A stretch of 64,000 nucleotides of DNA from Macrostomum lignano (lineage: Eukaryota), in assembly GCA_002269645.1 (NCBI GenBank), contig NIVC01001082.1, forward strand, positions 62,001-126,000, in the 5' to 3' direction. This document shows, piece by piece, positions 23,750-36,919 of this stretch (position 1 is its first letter; the number at the start of each line of letters is the position of its first letter). Position numbers and translations under genes: made by a program. The notes beneath the pieces are model-generated. The model was not told the DNA's origin, ran no database searches, and was given only the letters and a program-made list of their open reading frames with translations.

Positions 23750-25119
23750 TCAAATAACATCAACGATAACCACCTGTTCAGACTTCATGTGGCCGCCAAA
23801 GTCCAGAGACTGCTGTTGAAGCCCGAGACTGGCGCCGCTGCCGCCGGGACCGGAAGCTCCGACGGGCAGACCGGAAGTGACGGCAGCAGTGGCGGCGGCG
23901 GCAGATGAGCTGCCAGCTCCGCCAATGTCGCTCTGCCGATGGTGATGATAAGAAGACACGTGATGCGAACCGGACATTGCGCCGGCAGTCACCGGCCTAC
24001 TGCTAGCGGCGCCTTCAATAGCCTGTTGAAGACAATCGCCGAATTCTTGCAGGATTGCGCGCTCCTGAGCGGCTGGCAGGTCTTCGGCTTTGTCAGCGAG
24101 ATCGGCCCTGTTCACCAGGCAGGAGGCGACGCCTTCCAGCACCGGCTTGGTCAGAAAGTCGGCCACCGTGCTGACGGGGTGGTGAGGGTTAGGGCGATTC
24201 TCAATGATATTTTAGGGGCGATTCTCAATGATATTTTAGGGGCGATTCTCAATGAGACTTTAGGGGCGATTCTCAATAGTTTATTGGGTGCTATTCTCAA
24301 TGATTTATTAGGGGAGATTCTCAATAGTTTATTGGGTGCGATTCTCAATGGTTTATTAGGGGAGATTCTCAAGAGCAGCAAATCCCAGACAAAAAGGAAA
24401 CAAGGGCCCCACTCTCACTTGTCAGTCGGGCGCTCATTACGCCGGTAGCCAGTCTCCGGCGGCGCCGTCTTATTCGTGGCCTCCATAAACTTGTTCAAGC
24501 AGCGCCGGTGCACGCTCTCCTCAGTGTTCTTGCAGCCCTGGCAGCGGCACATGTTAGTGCAACTAATCTTGGCCTCAAAGCATTCGCAATAGTTTTTCAG
24601 GCAGCCGCTTCGCTTACAGTTGCAGCCTTTGTTGTGCCGGCGTTCGCCTTCGCCTTTGCCAATTTTCGGATGAAATGCGAATGGATTTCGATTAAGCACA
24701 GATTTAATAGCCTTCTGCCTGACCTGCTCAAAGTCCAGATTATTCATGCAACCATTGCAATTGCAGTTATGGCACAGCTGGCCCTCAGAGAAGCATTCGC
24801 AATAGAGTTTCAAGCAGTGGCTCTTGTTGCAGTTGCAGCCGCGAAACTCCCCGGATGGTTGACCTGAGGCAGCTGCGGCGGTGTTGGCCTGATAGAAATT
24901 TCTAGGAATCCTGGGCTCGGACCGTTTCCTAGACAGAGAACCATAGGAGATTGGATTGTAAATTGCCTGCTGCTGCTGTTGCTGAGGCGTCTGCTGCAGA
25001 TGGTGGATACCAGAGCCAGAGGCATCCGACATCACCATGTACTGCAGCTGACCATCGGACTCATCTGCTAGTACCATACTAGGCCGGATAATTTCACTGT
25101 GCTGCACTAAGCGCTGCAT
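23750..25119 (-). CDS. LIN54: LIN54/tesmin-family CXC-hinge-CXC protein (MuvB/DREAM DNA-binding subunit)
   Basis: Exons 25119-24419 and 24170-23774 (or read-through to the stop at 23750). Two CXC domains ([16 protein letters not shown]; [23 protein letters not shown]) joined by the RNP.AF.PKI hinge, then [16 protein letters not shown]. Confidence 0.93.
24188..24370. repeat. 24-bp degenerate minisatellite in the LIN54 intron
   Basis: TTAGGGGCGATTCTCAATGATATT-like units, about 8 copies. Confidence 0.85.
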
Positions 25120-25587
25120 TGTTGCTTTTACAATTGGCGATTATCTTTGATCAACTGATTGAGTAAAGATTGATAGCTTTTTGGCTGAGACTAGTTAACC
25201 ATGAATACAATGATTATTTGTTAATTACCTGCTGAATATATGAAACTGATTGATCACATAATTAGCAACAAATAATTCTGCCCATTCTACTGACTTTTAA
25301 GCACATATATATGGTGTACAATGGCTTTGTATCCTAAAGTGTGTCAAAACAAAGTACAGGTATACAATTTCTATTATTTATTTATATATTAGAAAGCAAA
25401 AAATAGTTAAAAGAGCAATTTAACAAAAATTATAATAAAAGTTTATATATTAGCAAATATTTTATAAGGTAAATTTATTTAATATACAATGTTAAAAAAT
25501 CAAAGTCACCATAAAATATCAAAATCAAGGGTTTAAAAATAACATTGTCTATTCTAAATTAAGGAGAATTCTTCCTATTAATCATTT

Positions 25588-25873
25588 CATACATGCGCAA
25601 CCTCCAAAATTCGGTCAGCCATGCAACTTTTTAAAACAAAAAATGCAACATAGTTTTTGGCCAAAGATGTGACTTACATATAGAAGAAACCCTAAGGCAA
25701 AATTAACACAACTTTGGGTAAACGGCGGGAGTAACTATGACTGTATATTGCCTCGTTATCTATGTAGTACTACTTTGGTATTTATTCAGGTGGGCATTTT
25801 TGCGACTTACCTTGATTGGCCACCAAATTGGTCAGCCAGATTGGCCAACTCTGCCAACCGTTGCACATGTATG
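25588..25873 (+). mobile_element. MITE family X, copy 1 (CATACATG termini, 8-bp TSD; hAT- or P-type)
   Basis: TIR CATACATGCGCAAC / GTTGCACATGTATG; perfect TSD AATCATTT. Confidence 0.88.
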
Positions 25874-25981
25874 AATCATTTCCTTTTTCTCTCAATCAAT
25901 TTTCTTTCATTTAAACAATACCCACTATTGGTAGAAAGGATAGAACAACAATGCACTTGTTAAGGGTCTAACTTAATTACC

Positions 25982-26420
25982 AATCTACCTATCTACCTAA
26001 AAAATAAAACCCCCTCTCTCTCTATGTGCATGTATACAATGTGTTTGCTGAGGACTCCCAAACCACTCAACCAAATGTCACCAAATTTTGCATGTACCCT
26101 AAATGCACATCCCACTACAGAGAATGTCTATGCTATATAAAAATTTCTTAAATTCAATTTTTTATGCGTAAAAAAAGCAAAAACTGCTTAAAAGACATGA
26201 CTTTTTCACAATTCTCCATAGCATTGTTCTACTTATACCTATTATCAATCCTACTCAAATTTGACACAACAATTTTCAACTATTGTGATGCAATCATACA
26301 AACTTTGCCTCAAAGTTAATCCTAAATGGCATTATGCACTTTTAAACTTTGTCTAGTTTCTGTCAGCCTATTAACCACCCCAACCTCTGCCTCTCTCTTT
26401 TCTTTATCTGGCTAGTATAA
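25982..26420 (+). mobile_element. Dispersed non-autonomous repeat, Helitron-like (tentative)
   Basis: Similar to the reverse complement of 30260-30803 (GACTCCCAAAC..CTCAACCAAAT..ACCAAA); A|TCTA start and a CTAGT near the end. Classification uncertain. Confidence 0.45.
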
Positions 26421-26744
26421 AAAGGGTTTTGAAATCGACTAACTTATTTTAGTAAGAAAATAAATGCTAACAAAAACATATAATACAATTTTTCTTTTCA
26501 GCCAATGCATTTTGTCAATCATAAGATATTGTTAGGGCCAATTCAATTCAACTCAATGCAATACACTCATTATATTTAAAAGCAAACTGTATAGTCCAAA
26601 GGCAAGTCAAGACAATCTGGTAGAATTTGAAGAGAGTCTAAGTATAGAATGAAGGGAAAGAGAGAAAATAGACATGACACTGCTCATAGTACTCTGAGCT
26701 CACATTCTACCCCATTGCTAGCTAGCTACATATTCAAGTTAGGT

Positions 26745-27310
26745 TTGCATTCTGATATATTTCAATAATAATCTTAAGCTTATGGTCAAATTTGCACCTA
26801 TCTAACACTTTGAAGAGCTAAATTGGTTCACTGTCACATTTTTACAAACAAGCAGATGGTCATTAATTGCAGAGCTTTTTAGCCAATGTTCCCTAGCTCT
26901 AATGTGCAGGTGTTGCTTTGTTTTTCCAATACAAGAAATGCCTTCATACATGTGCAACAGTCGGCCGAGTCGGCCGATCCAGCCGACCGATTTGGCGGCC
27001 AATCAAGGAAGTCGCAAAAATGCCCACCCGAAAAAATACCAAAGTAGTACTACTAAGTAGCTGACGAAGCATTTTGATTTATAAGACAGTCATAGTTACT
27101 CCTGCCGTTTACCCAAAGTTGCGTTAATTTTGCTTTAGGGTTTTTTTACATGTAAGTCGCATTTTGGCCAAAAACTACGTCGCATTTTTGTTAAAACTAA
27201 GTCGCATGGCCGACCGAATTTTGGAGGTTGCGCATGTATGAATGCCTTGATCTTCAGAGTAGCAAAATTGGTAAACAACACTAGCCCTACACTTTAGAAC
27301 AAGTGGAACA
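26745..27310 (-). pseudogene. Penelope-like GIY-YIG endonuclease relic interrupted by a MITE
   Basis: Removing the MITE and one TSD restores RASVVYQFCYSEDQGISCIGKTKQHLHIRAREH..SAINDHL; FKVLD..KLKI follows. Confidence 0.75.
26945..27240 (-). mobile_element. MITE family X, copy 2
   Basis: Same TIRs, reverse orientation; perfect TSD AATGCCTT. Confidence 0.88.
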
Positions 27311-28789
27311 GCTGACTTGAGCCTATTAGCATAGCAGCCAATCTTTTCAGTGCAAAAAAACAGTCTAAACAGTGCATTTAAGCCATTAGCTAAATGTTTT
27401 TAAAGTTTTTTTCTCAAAGTCAAGAAAAATGCCACAAAAAAGAACCATCACAGCATCCCTGGAGTTTCTGGGACTTTCCTAGGACTAACCTTCTTTCTCC
27501 TCAATCTTGTTTTCTCTCTTTATCTTCAATAAAAATTTAGGCAATTTTTTATCTTAAACAAAGGAAAAGGAATAGAAAAATAAAGATATAAGCAAAAAGA
27601 AAGGTGAGAGGAGAGGAGAGGAAAAAATGAGATAGAAAAAGAGTAAAAAAGGAGAAAAGTCTAAAGATCCTGAATCATAATTTAATATGCAATTTTACTT
27701 ATCTTCATCCTAACTATTAATAACTATTTATTTGAGCATGATTTTAGATTTAATAATATATGCAAAATAGTTCTAAGGCTTAGAAATTAGCAGGTTCAAA
27801 ATCTATTAGAATGTTATATAAAGCTGTTATTATATTTTGATCATACATTGGAACTTTTACACCATAGAGATAGAAGCAAAGAATGATCTTATCTAATTTT
27901 ATGATGACTTTATAGAATAGGCACTATATGTTTCAATAGCTTATATAGGCCTTATATAGAATAAAAAGCAAATATAAATTATAAAAAAAGATTTTTTTAC
28001 AAGTAATAGCCTACTGCTTTAGTCTTATTAAGGCCTTATACAATATATCTAGCTTTTATTAAGATAATAATAGGCCTACATAATATAATTTTATATGGAC
28101 ATTAGACAATAAAATATACTATAGAATTTAGAGGAAACAATATAGTAAATTAGGCTCCTAGGCCTATTTTTTCCATTCTTAATCAACTTTATATAGCTTT
28201 TATATATTATACATATAGGCCTATTATGTATATTAGATTAAATTTAAACTATGACAAAATCTTTACTAGACCTATCTTTATTTTAAATTAGCAATTTAGA
28301 TTTATTACCTCCAATCAAGAAAATAACTTTTAATATACTAGAATAAACCTGTGCCCTATATTAATTACAAGAGGAAAAAATTCAAAGTCATTGGTATGTA
28401 GCAAAACAAAATATTTTTCTATATTTCCTAAATACACTTTGTCTTTAAACTAGTTTAGGTCTATACTATTAGGTGTATACATAATATTACAAGCTGTTGA
28501 AACCCACGGATTTTGAACCCAAGGAATTCCAATCCCTGGAACTACTTTTGCATGTATTCTGAAATCTAAGGCCATACACAAACAAAAACTTGTTAATAGT
28601 TAATAGGATAGAGGTAGACATAAAATGGAGCACATTTGTGTAAAATTAGGGTTTGAGGCAAACATTGATCTTGTTGGCTGGGGTACTGCACAGAATGTCA
28701 GGCAATGTCTGTTTGACTCTAAAACATGTATTTGCAAAATCTGGCCTCTCCTGACTCTCCCTATGTCCTTTGGATCCTTTAAAATTTCT

Positions 28790-29575
<786 letters not shown>

Positions 29576-30259
29576 CTGCCTTTCAGCCATGAGCTAGATT
29601 CTTTATCTGGCCTTTGAGGTAAAATTCTGCCCATCACTGCTTGGAAAGCCAGTTTGTGGGACATAGTACTCTCATGGTTGTTCTCATGCTTTGATCACAT
29701 CATCTTTCTTGCCAATTTGCAGCCCTAAAAGGAATTTGTGTATCTTCAGCTCCACTGCAATTTGCATCAGTCTAACAACCAAGGAAATATGCATTTCTTA
29801 GGAGGCCATTTAAAATTTACGCAATACCTTTAAAAGAAACCTAAAATTTCTATGGTGTGCCTAATTTAGTAGGGTTGTATTGCATTGCATCACATTGCCT
29901 TTTTATAAATCTTTTTATAAAACAAACCATGCTGGATTCTCTTGATTTGCCAATTGCCATCCACTGTTAAGCTTGTGCAAAGTTTGCCAATACAAAGGGG
30001 AAGGTAGTGGTTAGAATTTCTTACTAAACTGTTATAGATAGCTAAACGTAGCCTCTCTACTCTTGGGTTGCAGAGAAGGCTATAAATAAAGTTATTCCAA
30101 AACACTATACATTTGCTCCATACATTTAGTCCTATTGCCCAACCCTTTGTCTGGCTCTGGAGGAATGAATGAGTGAAGTGGCACAAACAACAGAAAAAGC
30201 ATACAAATTTCACATGCTTACAGTTTCTTTTCTGAATGAGTTACAGAGTTGTAACTTTA

Positions 30260-30803
30260 CATTTAGACAGAGAATAAGTCAATGAAGAATTGTGTCAAGT
30301 TTGAAGTTGATTGCTTCATGTGGAGCAAACTTATGGCAGCTGAAAGTTAGTCAATTTTGAAACCCTTTTACACATCTAGGCCCAGATTAGGATTGGGAAA
30401 GAGAGGCAGGCAGGGAGGTTTGGGTGGTTGCTATGCTGAAAAAACAGCCTAACTTTAAAAGTGCACAGCACTGCTCAAGATTAACTTTGAGACTCAAAAT
30501 TTTACATGATTATGCCAAAATAGTTGAAGATTGTCTGTGTCAAATTTGAAGAGAATCAGTAGAAGTGGAGCGGCGCCATGGAGGATCTAGTGAAAAAATT
30601 GCGCATTTTAAGCAGTTTTTTGTACTTTAGGTAGGAAGACTTGAGTCTAGGAAATTTAAAGGTAGCCTAAGACATTCTCCATAGTAAGTTTAGGGTGGGT
30701 GTAAAGTTTGGTATAATTTGGTTGAGCTGTTTGGGAGTCTATGCAATTAAAATTGTCTGTAGACAGACAGACAGACACAGAGTTTTGATTTTTACATATA
30801 GAT
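30260..30803 (-). mobile_element. Second copy of the Helitron-like repeat, with an internal (ACAG)n
   Basis: Inverted similarity to 25982-26420. Confidence 0.45.
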
Positions 30804-31070
30804 TTTTATGCAATATTTCAAAAAATATATATTTAATTTAAAACATCCATTGAAAAAAGTTTTGTGATAATTAGTCAATAGTGATTCAAAAGACAAAGTA
30901 GTTTTGCACTTGAATAGGCCTATGAATGATCATGAGCATTATTTATGATCCCTAGCCTCATCCCAATTCTATGATGATAACACATTTGCTGTCTTGTTGT
31001 AAGGTTTATAACTTAACTTTGAATTTTATGTTTATGTATATAAGTCAAGTCAATGTTTTTGGGTCATAAA

Positions 31071-31339
31071 CATACATGTGCAACCTCCCTGATTTACACT
31101 GGCCATGCGACTTACTTTTTGACCAAAAATGTGACTTACCTGTGAAAGAAACCCTAAAGCAAAATAAACGCTTATTTGGGTAAACGGCAGGAGTAACTAT
31201 GACTGTCTTATCAGGCCTAAATGCCTCAGCATTTAATTAGTACTACGTCTTTGGGGTGGCATTTTTGCGACTTACCCCTGGTCCACCACAATTTACGGTG
31301 GCCAGATCGGCCAGGTCGGCCAGCAGTTGCGCATGTATG
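31071..31339 (+). mobile_element. MITE family X, copy 3
   Basis: Same TIRs; TSD GTCATAAA / GTCGTAAA (7/8). Confidence 0.85.
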
Positions 31340-32901
31340 GTCGTAAAATAATATGTTTAGATATACTTGTACTTTTAAAAAATGAGTTTATCTTTACTTT
31401 TAAAGTATTTTTAAGATATATAGTCTAGATATTTTGTTTAGACTGACATTATATTTGATATTTTGCTGGCAAACAAAATGACTGCATCATATTTTTGTAG
31501 ACAAAAGAGTGGCAAACAAACTAATAGCAGAGAAAATAACTTTCAACCAGTAATAGTAGGCTAGGCCTAATAGCAGTCTGGGAAATCAGCTCAAGTACCT
31601 GCAAGTCATCAATAAGAAAAAAAGAATAAAAAAGCTAGGGCCTAATAAAATTTTTTTAAAAATGACATAGGCCCCTAGGCCTAATAATAGTGGGCATCAA
31701 TAAAAGTAAGTTGAGCCAAGGTAAGGTATAGTATAGGCCTAGCAAAAAAGTTAGGGGCATACTTAGGTAGGCTGCATAGCCCAAAGGTAGATAGGCGGCA
31801 TAGGCCTAATAAAAAATATTAAAATAGGCCCCCTATAATAATAATTAATAACTCACTAAAACTAATTGCCCATCTCCATAGGTCTAGCATAGGCATAGGC
31901 CTAGGGAGCCTAGCCTAGGTAGGTCTAGTCATCTAGGGTTGGCTAGGCTAGGCCTTAACCTACATGGCTACATCACCTACTCTATGTAAATCTAAGGAGA
32001 ATGTCTACTTTTTAAGTTTGGGCCCAAATTTTTTATGAACTTGCATAGGCCCCTACAGAAGCACGTGCAAATCGGCTTTATTTATTGACCAGTGTTTTCA
32101 CTGTTTTGTACTAACTGGGCCTAGCCTACTAAACTATCTATAAGCTAAGTCAGTCAGTTCATGAAAAACTAGGCCTAAGCAAAGCAACGCTAGGGTCAAC
32201 CTCACTTGGCACTTTAAACCTGAGAATGCTAGGCTACAGTCGTGATCTGGGTTAGACAGACACAGGCAGACTTCAAACTTCACTTTTTAAAGGTGATACA
32301 GCAAAACTTATAAGCATTCAATCAATTACGAAAACTTTGGACAATCATTGGTCACAAAAGCAAATTGGCGCCGGCGGGAAAACAAAAATATACTCGTTTA
32401 CCCTATTGTCGTCTTGAAAATAGCTTTTTAAACAAAACAGACAGTTTAAAAGACTTTTAAAACGTCCTAAAATGCATGCTCTGTTTCTCATTGTGAAGAA
32501 AGTATGAAGAAAAATCTAAATGAATTATCTTATATTGTATTTACAAAATTTAAAACTGGCAATCGAACTTTCATATTTATGATGACAACGTTCGCCGCGT
32601 TCTTAAATTAATTGATTTGATTGCTTTCTTGTTTTGCTGCGATTATGATTGAATGAGAAATGCTGCTCAAGCAAGCCTTGTCACTGTTTTCCTGCAATCT
32701 AATTAATAATCCGACTATCCTTTTCTTTCTTTTCTGAATTTCACTTGACTAGCGCGGTAGCGCAGCGCCTAGGGTAGGGCTAGGGTAGGCCTAGTTAGGC
32801 CTATAGTTGGGGTCTAGCATCTCACTCTCACTGCATCTGTTGATTTATGTGAATCTGTACCTTTTTCACTCTTAAACTAGACTTGCTGTTATACACGTTA
32901 G

Positions 32902-33251
32902 TAGGGGTCGGACGGGATCAAAATTTTCGGGATCGGGATTGAAAAAAAATCGGGATCGAGAATCGGGATTCGGGTAAGGGGCAAATGATTCTGAACTCCA
33001 TATGGATATAAATACCATACTCAAAGTCCATCCATATCATACATATTGAAGTAACAGTAGCTTGACTTCTTTGGCAAGGGGCTTGAAACGATAGTTTAAA
33101 CAATTTGTTTCACTTAAATATCTATGACCATAAATGACTATGGCAAAAACTTCTACTCTGCAGAAAAAAAAACAAAAATGACATTAGCCTAGGCCCCTAT
33201 CCCAATTCCCAAAATTTAAGTTGTCGGGATCGAGATCCTGTCCGACCCCTA
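32902..33251. mobile_element. hAT-type MITE
   Basis: TIR TAGGGGTCGGAC / GTCCGACCCCTA; subterminal CGGGAT repeats; TSD CACGTTAG / CACATTAG. Confidence 0.82.
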
Positions 33252-33409
33252 CACATTAGACGTTAGGCCCTAGGCTTACTTAGATTAAATATTATGGCTA
33301 GGGGGGCCTATCCTGCAGTCTGCAGAATTGTTTGTTAAACTCACTGTATGCATATTTTTTAGCTATTGACATGAAGCTTGCAAAAAATGAATATTTTCAT
33401 TATGCTAAC

Positions 33410-33606
33410 CAGGGGCGTAGGGAGAAAGGATAGGGAGGATGTATCCCCCAAAAAGCCTGAATAAAACTTTTTTGTTGCCTTTATTGCTAGATACATGCTA
33501 CTATATGACTCTGTCATAACACTTTTACCTTGGTGTAGGCCTATCCCCCCATAGAAAATTCACCTTGGTGTATCCTTCTTGTAGGAAATTCCTGGCTATG
33601 CCCCTG
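33410..33606. mobile_element. hAT-type MITE
   Basis: TIR CAGGGGCGTAG / CTATGCCCCTG; TSD ATGCTAAC / ATGCCAAC. Confidence 0.8.
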
Positions 33607-34486
33607 ATGCCAACATTTTAGAAGTGTTTAGGCATTAAAATTATATGATTCTGCAAGATAGCTGATATTATTTCTACTAGTAAAATCTTAATTAAAACAA
33701 ATAAATTAAAGCTAGGCCCTAGCTGCCTCAAGTTAGAGCTAGGGCTAAATATATGCTCATTGCCTCTGAGTCTATAATTATATAATGTTAGCCATTTACT
33801 CCTTAGGCTATGACTAGATACAAGTAGACAACTTAGTCCTTAACTCAATGGTCTCAACCCTTTGATTGGTTCCCACTTGGCCAAAGCCAAAAAGGCAATT
33901 AACTTAATGTAGCTAGGCCTAGTTAGGCATATAATTTATTATTTATTTATATAGCTGGCCATAGTGCTTCAGAAATTCATACAAACTTTGCTCTGCGCAT
34001 GGATCCTCTGCGGTCAGCAAAATGACAGTTTATTGATGGATTGAGCAGTTCAGAAGGAAGGACTAACTTGGCAGATCAGCATCATATGGGTTGGCCATAC
34101 ATTCATCAACCTGGTGTACTGGCAGACTCCATTCTGGATCTTCTTGACCATTAGGGCCTAGAGAGATTGCTAACAGGTTGGACAAGCCAAAATCAACAAT
34201 TCATTGAAGCTTACTTGGCATGGATCTCATGAAGCTCAGCCTATAATTTGTGTAACTCTATGGTACAGGTACTGTTACTTTCATGGGTATAACTTTTGTT
34301 CCCTGGATCAATTTTTAAAATTCAAAAATCAGTCTGTAGAAGAGATTTTCCACTATCAGTTCATAAAATTTCAAATCACTGGAAGCTATAGAATAAGAGC
34401 TAAGTTAAAAGTATCACTACTTTTTTGGACACCCCTCGTACCTACCCTCATACAGACAACTCATTTTTAGTATTATGGATTTATAC

Positions 34487-36322
34487 GGGTCTATGAAATT
34501 TGCTAGCAGGAAATCTGCTAGCCAAAGTTTGCTAGCCGAAATGTGCTAGCCAAAATCTGCTAGCCAAAGTTTGCTAGCCGAAATCTGCTAGCTGAAATCT
34601 GCTAGACAAAATCTGCTAGCCGAAATCTGCTAGCCGAAGTTTGCCAGCAGGAATTTTGCTAGCAAGGATTTTGCTAGCCAAAATCTGCTAGCAATAATCT
34701 AACCAAAACTGGCGAACAGCAATTTACGAAGTTGTAATTTGCTAGAGACATTTTTTCTTGTCCAATCTGGACAACTTAATCTGCCACCTAGCCTTCGCCA
34801 TGGGTTCTCGTACATGTACATGTTGAAATGCAATCAGTAGATGACGTCATAGACAAAAAGAAAATAAGATTTAGGTTTTAATGTAGGTAGATTGAAAAGT
34901 TCATATACAAGCTATTGAATAAAGTAAATATATTACATCCATGATTATAGGGTAAGAGCTTGTGGGCCACACCTGCATAGAGTTTTTGCTTGTACACAGT
35001 GCCGTAAGCGATGGAAAATATCTATACATTAACAATACATATAGCTATAGTAAATTGTACCTTGGACATACATGTATCTAGCTATAGATACTGTACACCA
35101 ACATGTGTGTTTCTGTATGCTAAAGTACTGTATATGCTAAAACTGCACTTGGAAATCATCAAAATCATTTATATTTTTTGTCCTATTTTACTCGTAGACA
35201 TTTGATAATGTTTTAGCATTATCAGCTGTAAGGCCGTAGTTCAGGTAGCTCAGGCAGCTGTAGTTCAGGTAGTTAAATTTAAACTTATCTATACACAACT
35301 TTCAGTCTTAATGGCTGGTAGTGGCAGTATATGGTATATAAGTTATATATTTACTCATACGAATCAAAGCAGCTCAAATCGGAATCAAAACACAGCAAAT
35401 AACATGCAACAGCTACGAGAGCAAGGCAGCTAGCAAAATTCCTGCTAGCAGATTTTGGCTAGCAAAATCCTTGCTAGCAAAATTCCTGCCAGCAAACTTT
35501 GGCTAGCAGATTTCGGCTAGCAGATTTCGGCTAGCAAACTTCGGCTAGCAGATTTTGTCTAGCAGATTTCGGCTAGCAGATTTCGGCTAGCACATTTTGG
35601 CTAGCACATTTTGGCTAGCACATTTCGGCTAGCACATTTTGGCTAGCACATTTCGGCTAGCAAAATTCGGCTAGCAAACTTCGGCTAGCACATTTCGACT
35701 AGCAGATTTCGGCTATCACATTTCAGCTAGCAAAATTCGGCTAGCACATTTCGGCTAGCAGATTTCGGCTAGCACATTTCAGCTAGCAAACTTCGGCTAG
35801 CACATTTCGGCTAGCACATTTTGGCTAGAACATTTCGGCTAGCACATTTCGGCTAGCACATTTCAGCTAGCAAAATTTGGCTAGCAAACTTCGGCTAGCA
35901 CATTTCGGCTAGCACATTTCAGCTAGCAAACTTCGGCTAGCAAACTTCGGCTAGCACATTTTGGCTAGCACATTTCGGCTAGCAAACTTCGGCTAGCACA
36001 TTTCGGCTAGCACATTTTGGCTAGAACATTTCGGCTAGCACATTTCGGCTAGCACATTTCAGCTAGCAAAATTTGGCTAGCAAACTTCGGCTAGCACATT
36101 TCGGCTAGCACATTTCAGCTAGCAAAATTTGGCTAGCAAACTTCGGCTAGCACATTTCGGCTAGCACATTTCAGCTAGCAAACTTCGGCTAGCAAACTTT
36201 GGCTAGCACATTTCGGCTAGCACATTTTGGCTAGCAAACTTTGGCTAGCAGATTTTGGCAAGCAAATTTCTCGCTAGCAAACTTCGGCTAGCAGATTTCC
36301 TGCTAGCAGATCTCATACTCCC
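34487..36322. mobile_element. Foldback-type non-autonomous DNA transposon (Mutator-like), with arms of GCTAGC-containing subrepeats
   Basis: GGG...CCC termini; TIR ...TATGA(A/G)AT(T/C)TGCTAGCAGGAAATCTGCTAGCC; perfect 10-bp TSD GGATTTATAC (34477-34486 and 36323-36332). Left array 34500-34695 is inverted relative to right array 35420-36310. Confidence 0.82.
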
Positions 36323-36919
36323 GGATTTATACAACTATCTAATGTGAAATGAATGTGCTTTAATTTGCTTACTAAACTGAATTTTTGAAAAAAATAATTC
36401 AAGCATTCTTTTCACTTTATTATATTAGGGCTTTCTAATCCTTCTAAGACAGATGCAAGTTGTATAGATTAGATGGCCATAAACTTTTTTTCTATTTGTA
36501 ACCTAGACAGAAAGTTATTGCAAAGCAACTAAGCAACAGCTATATCTTTTTTTGCTAAATCATTATATTTGAGAATTTGCAAAAATGAAAGACTAAATAA
36601 ATTGTTTATGTATTTTACATTATTTTGCTGTAAAATTGTCAGATAATTTTAAGACCTTTAGGGGCTCATGATTTTTAGTTTCTTTATTGTTTTATTTTAG
36701 CAATGCATAAAAATGCATATGCCAAAACACAAAAATTAACTAAATATAGCAAGACAAATAGAAAAAAAATAGAAGAAATAAATAAACACTAGCTATTGAA
36801 AATAAATCAAAAGAGATAAGGAGCATTAAATAGTTAAAGCTAGGGAGAGAAAAGAAAGGCATGCTATTACCTGCTTCAAATATTGCTTTGAACAGTTAAT
36901 TCTTTTTTGCATGCATCAA

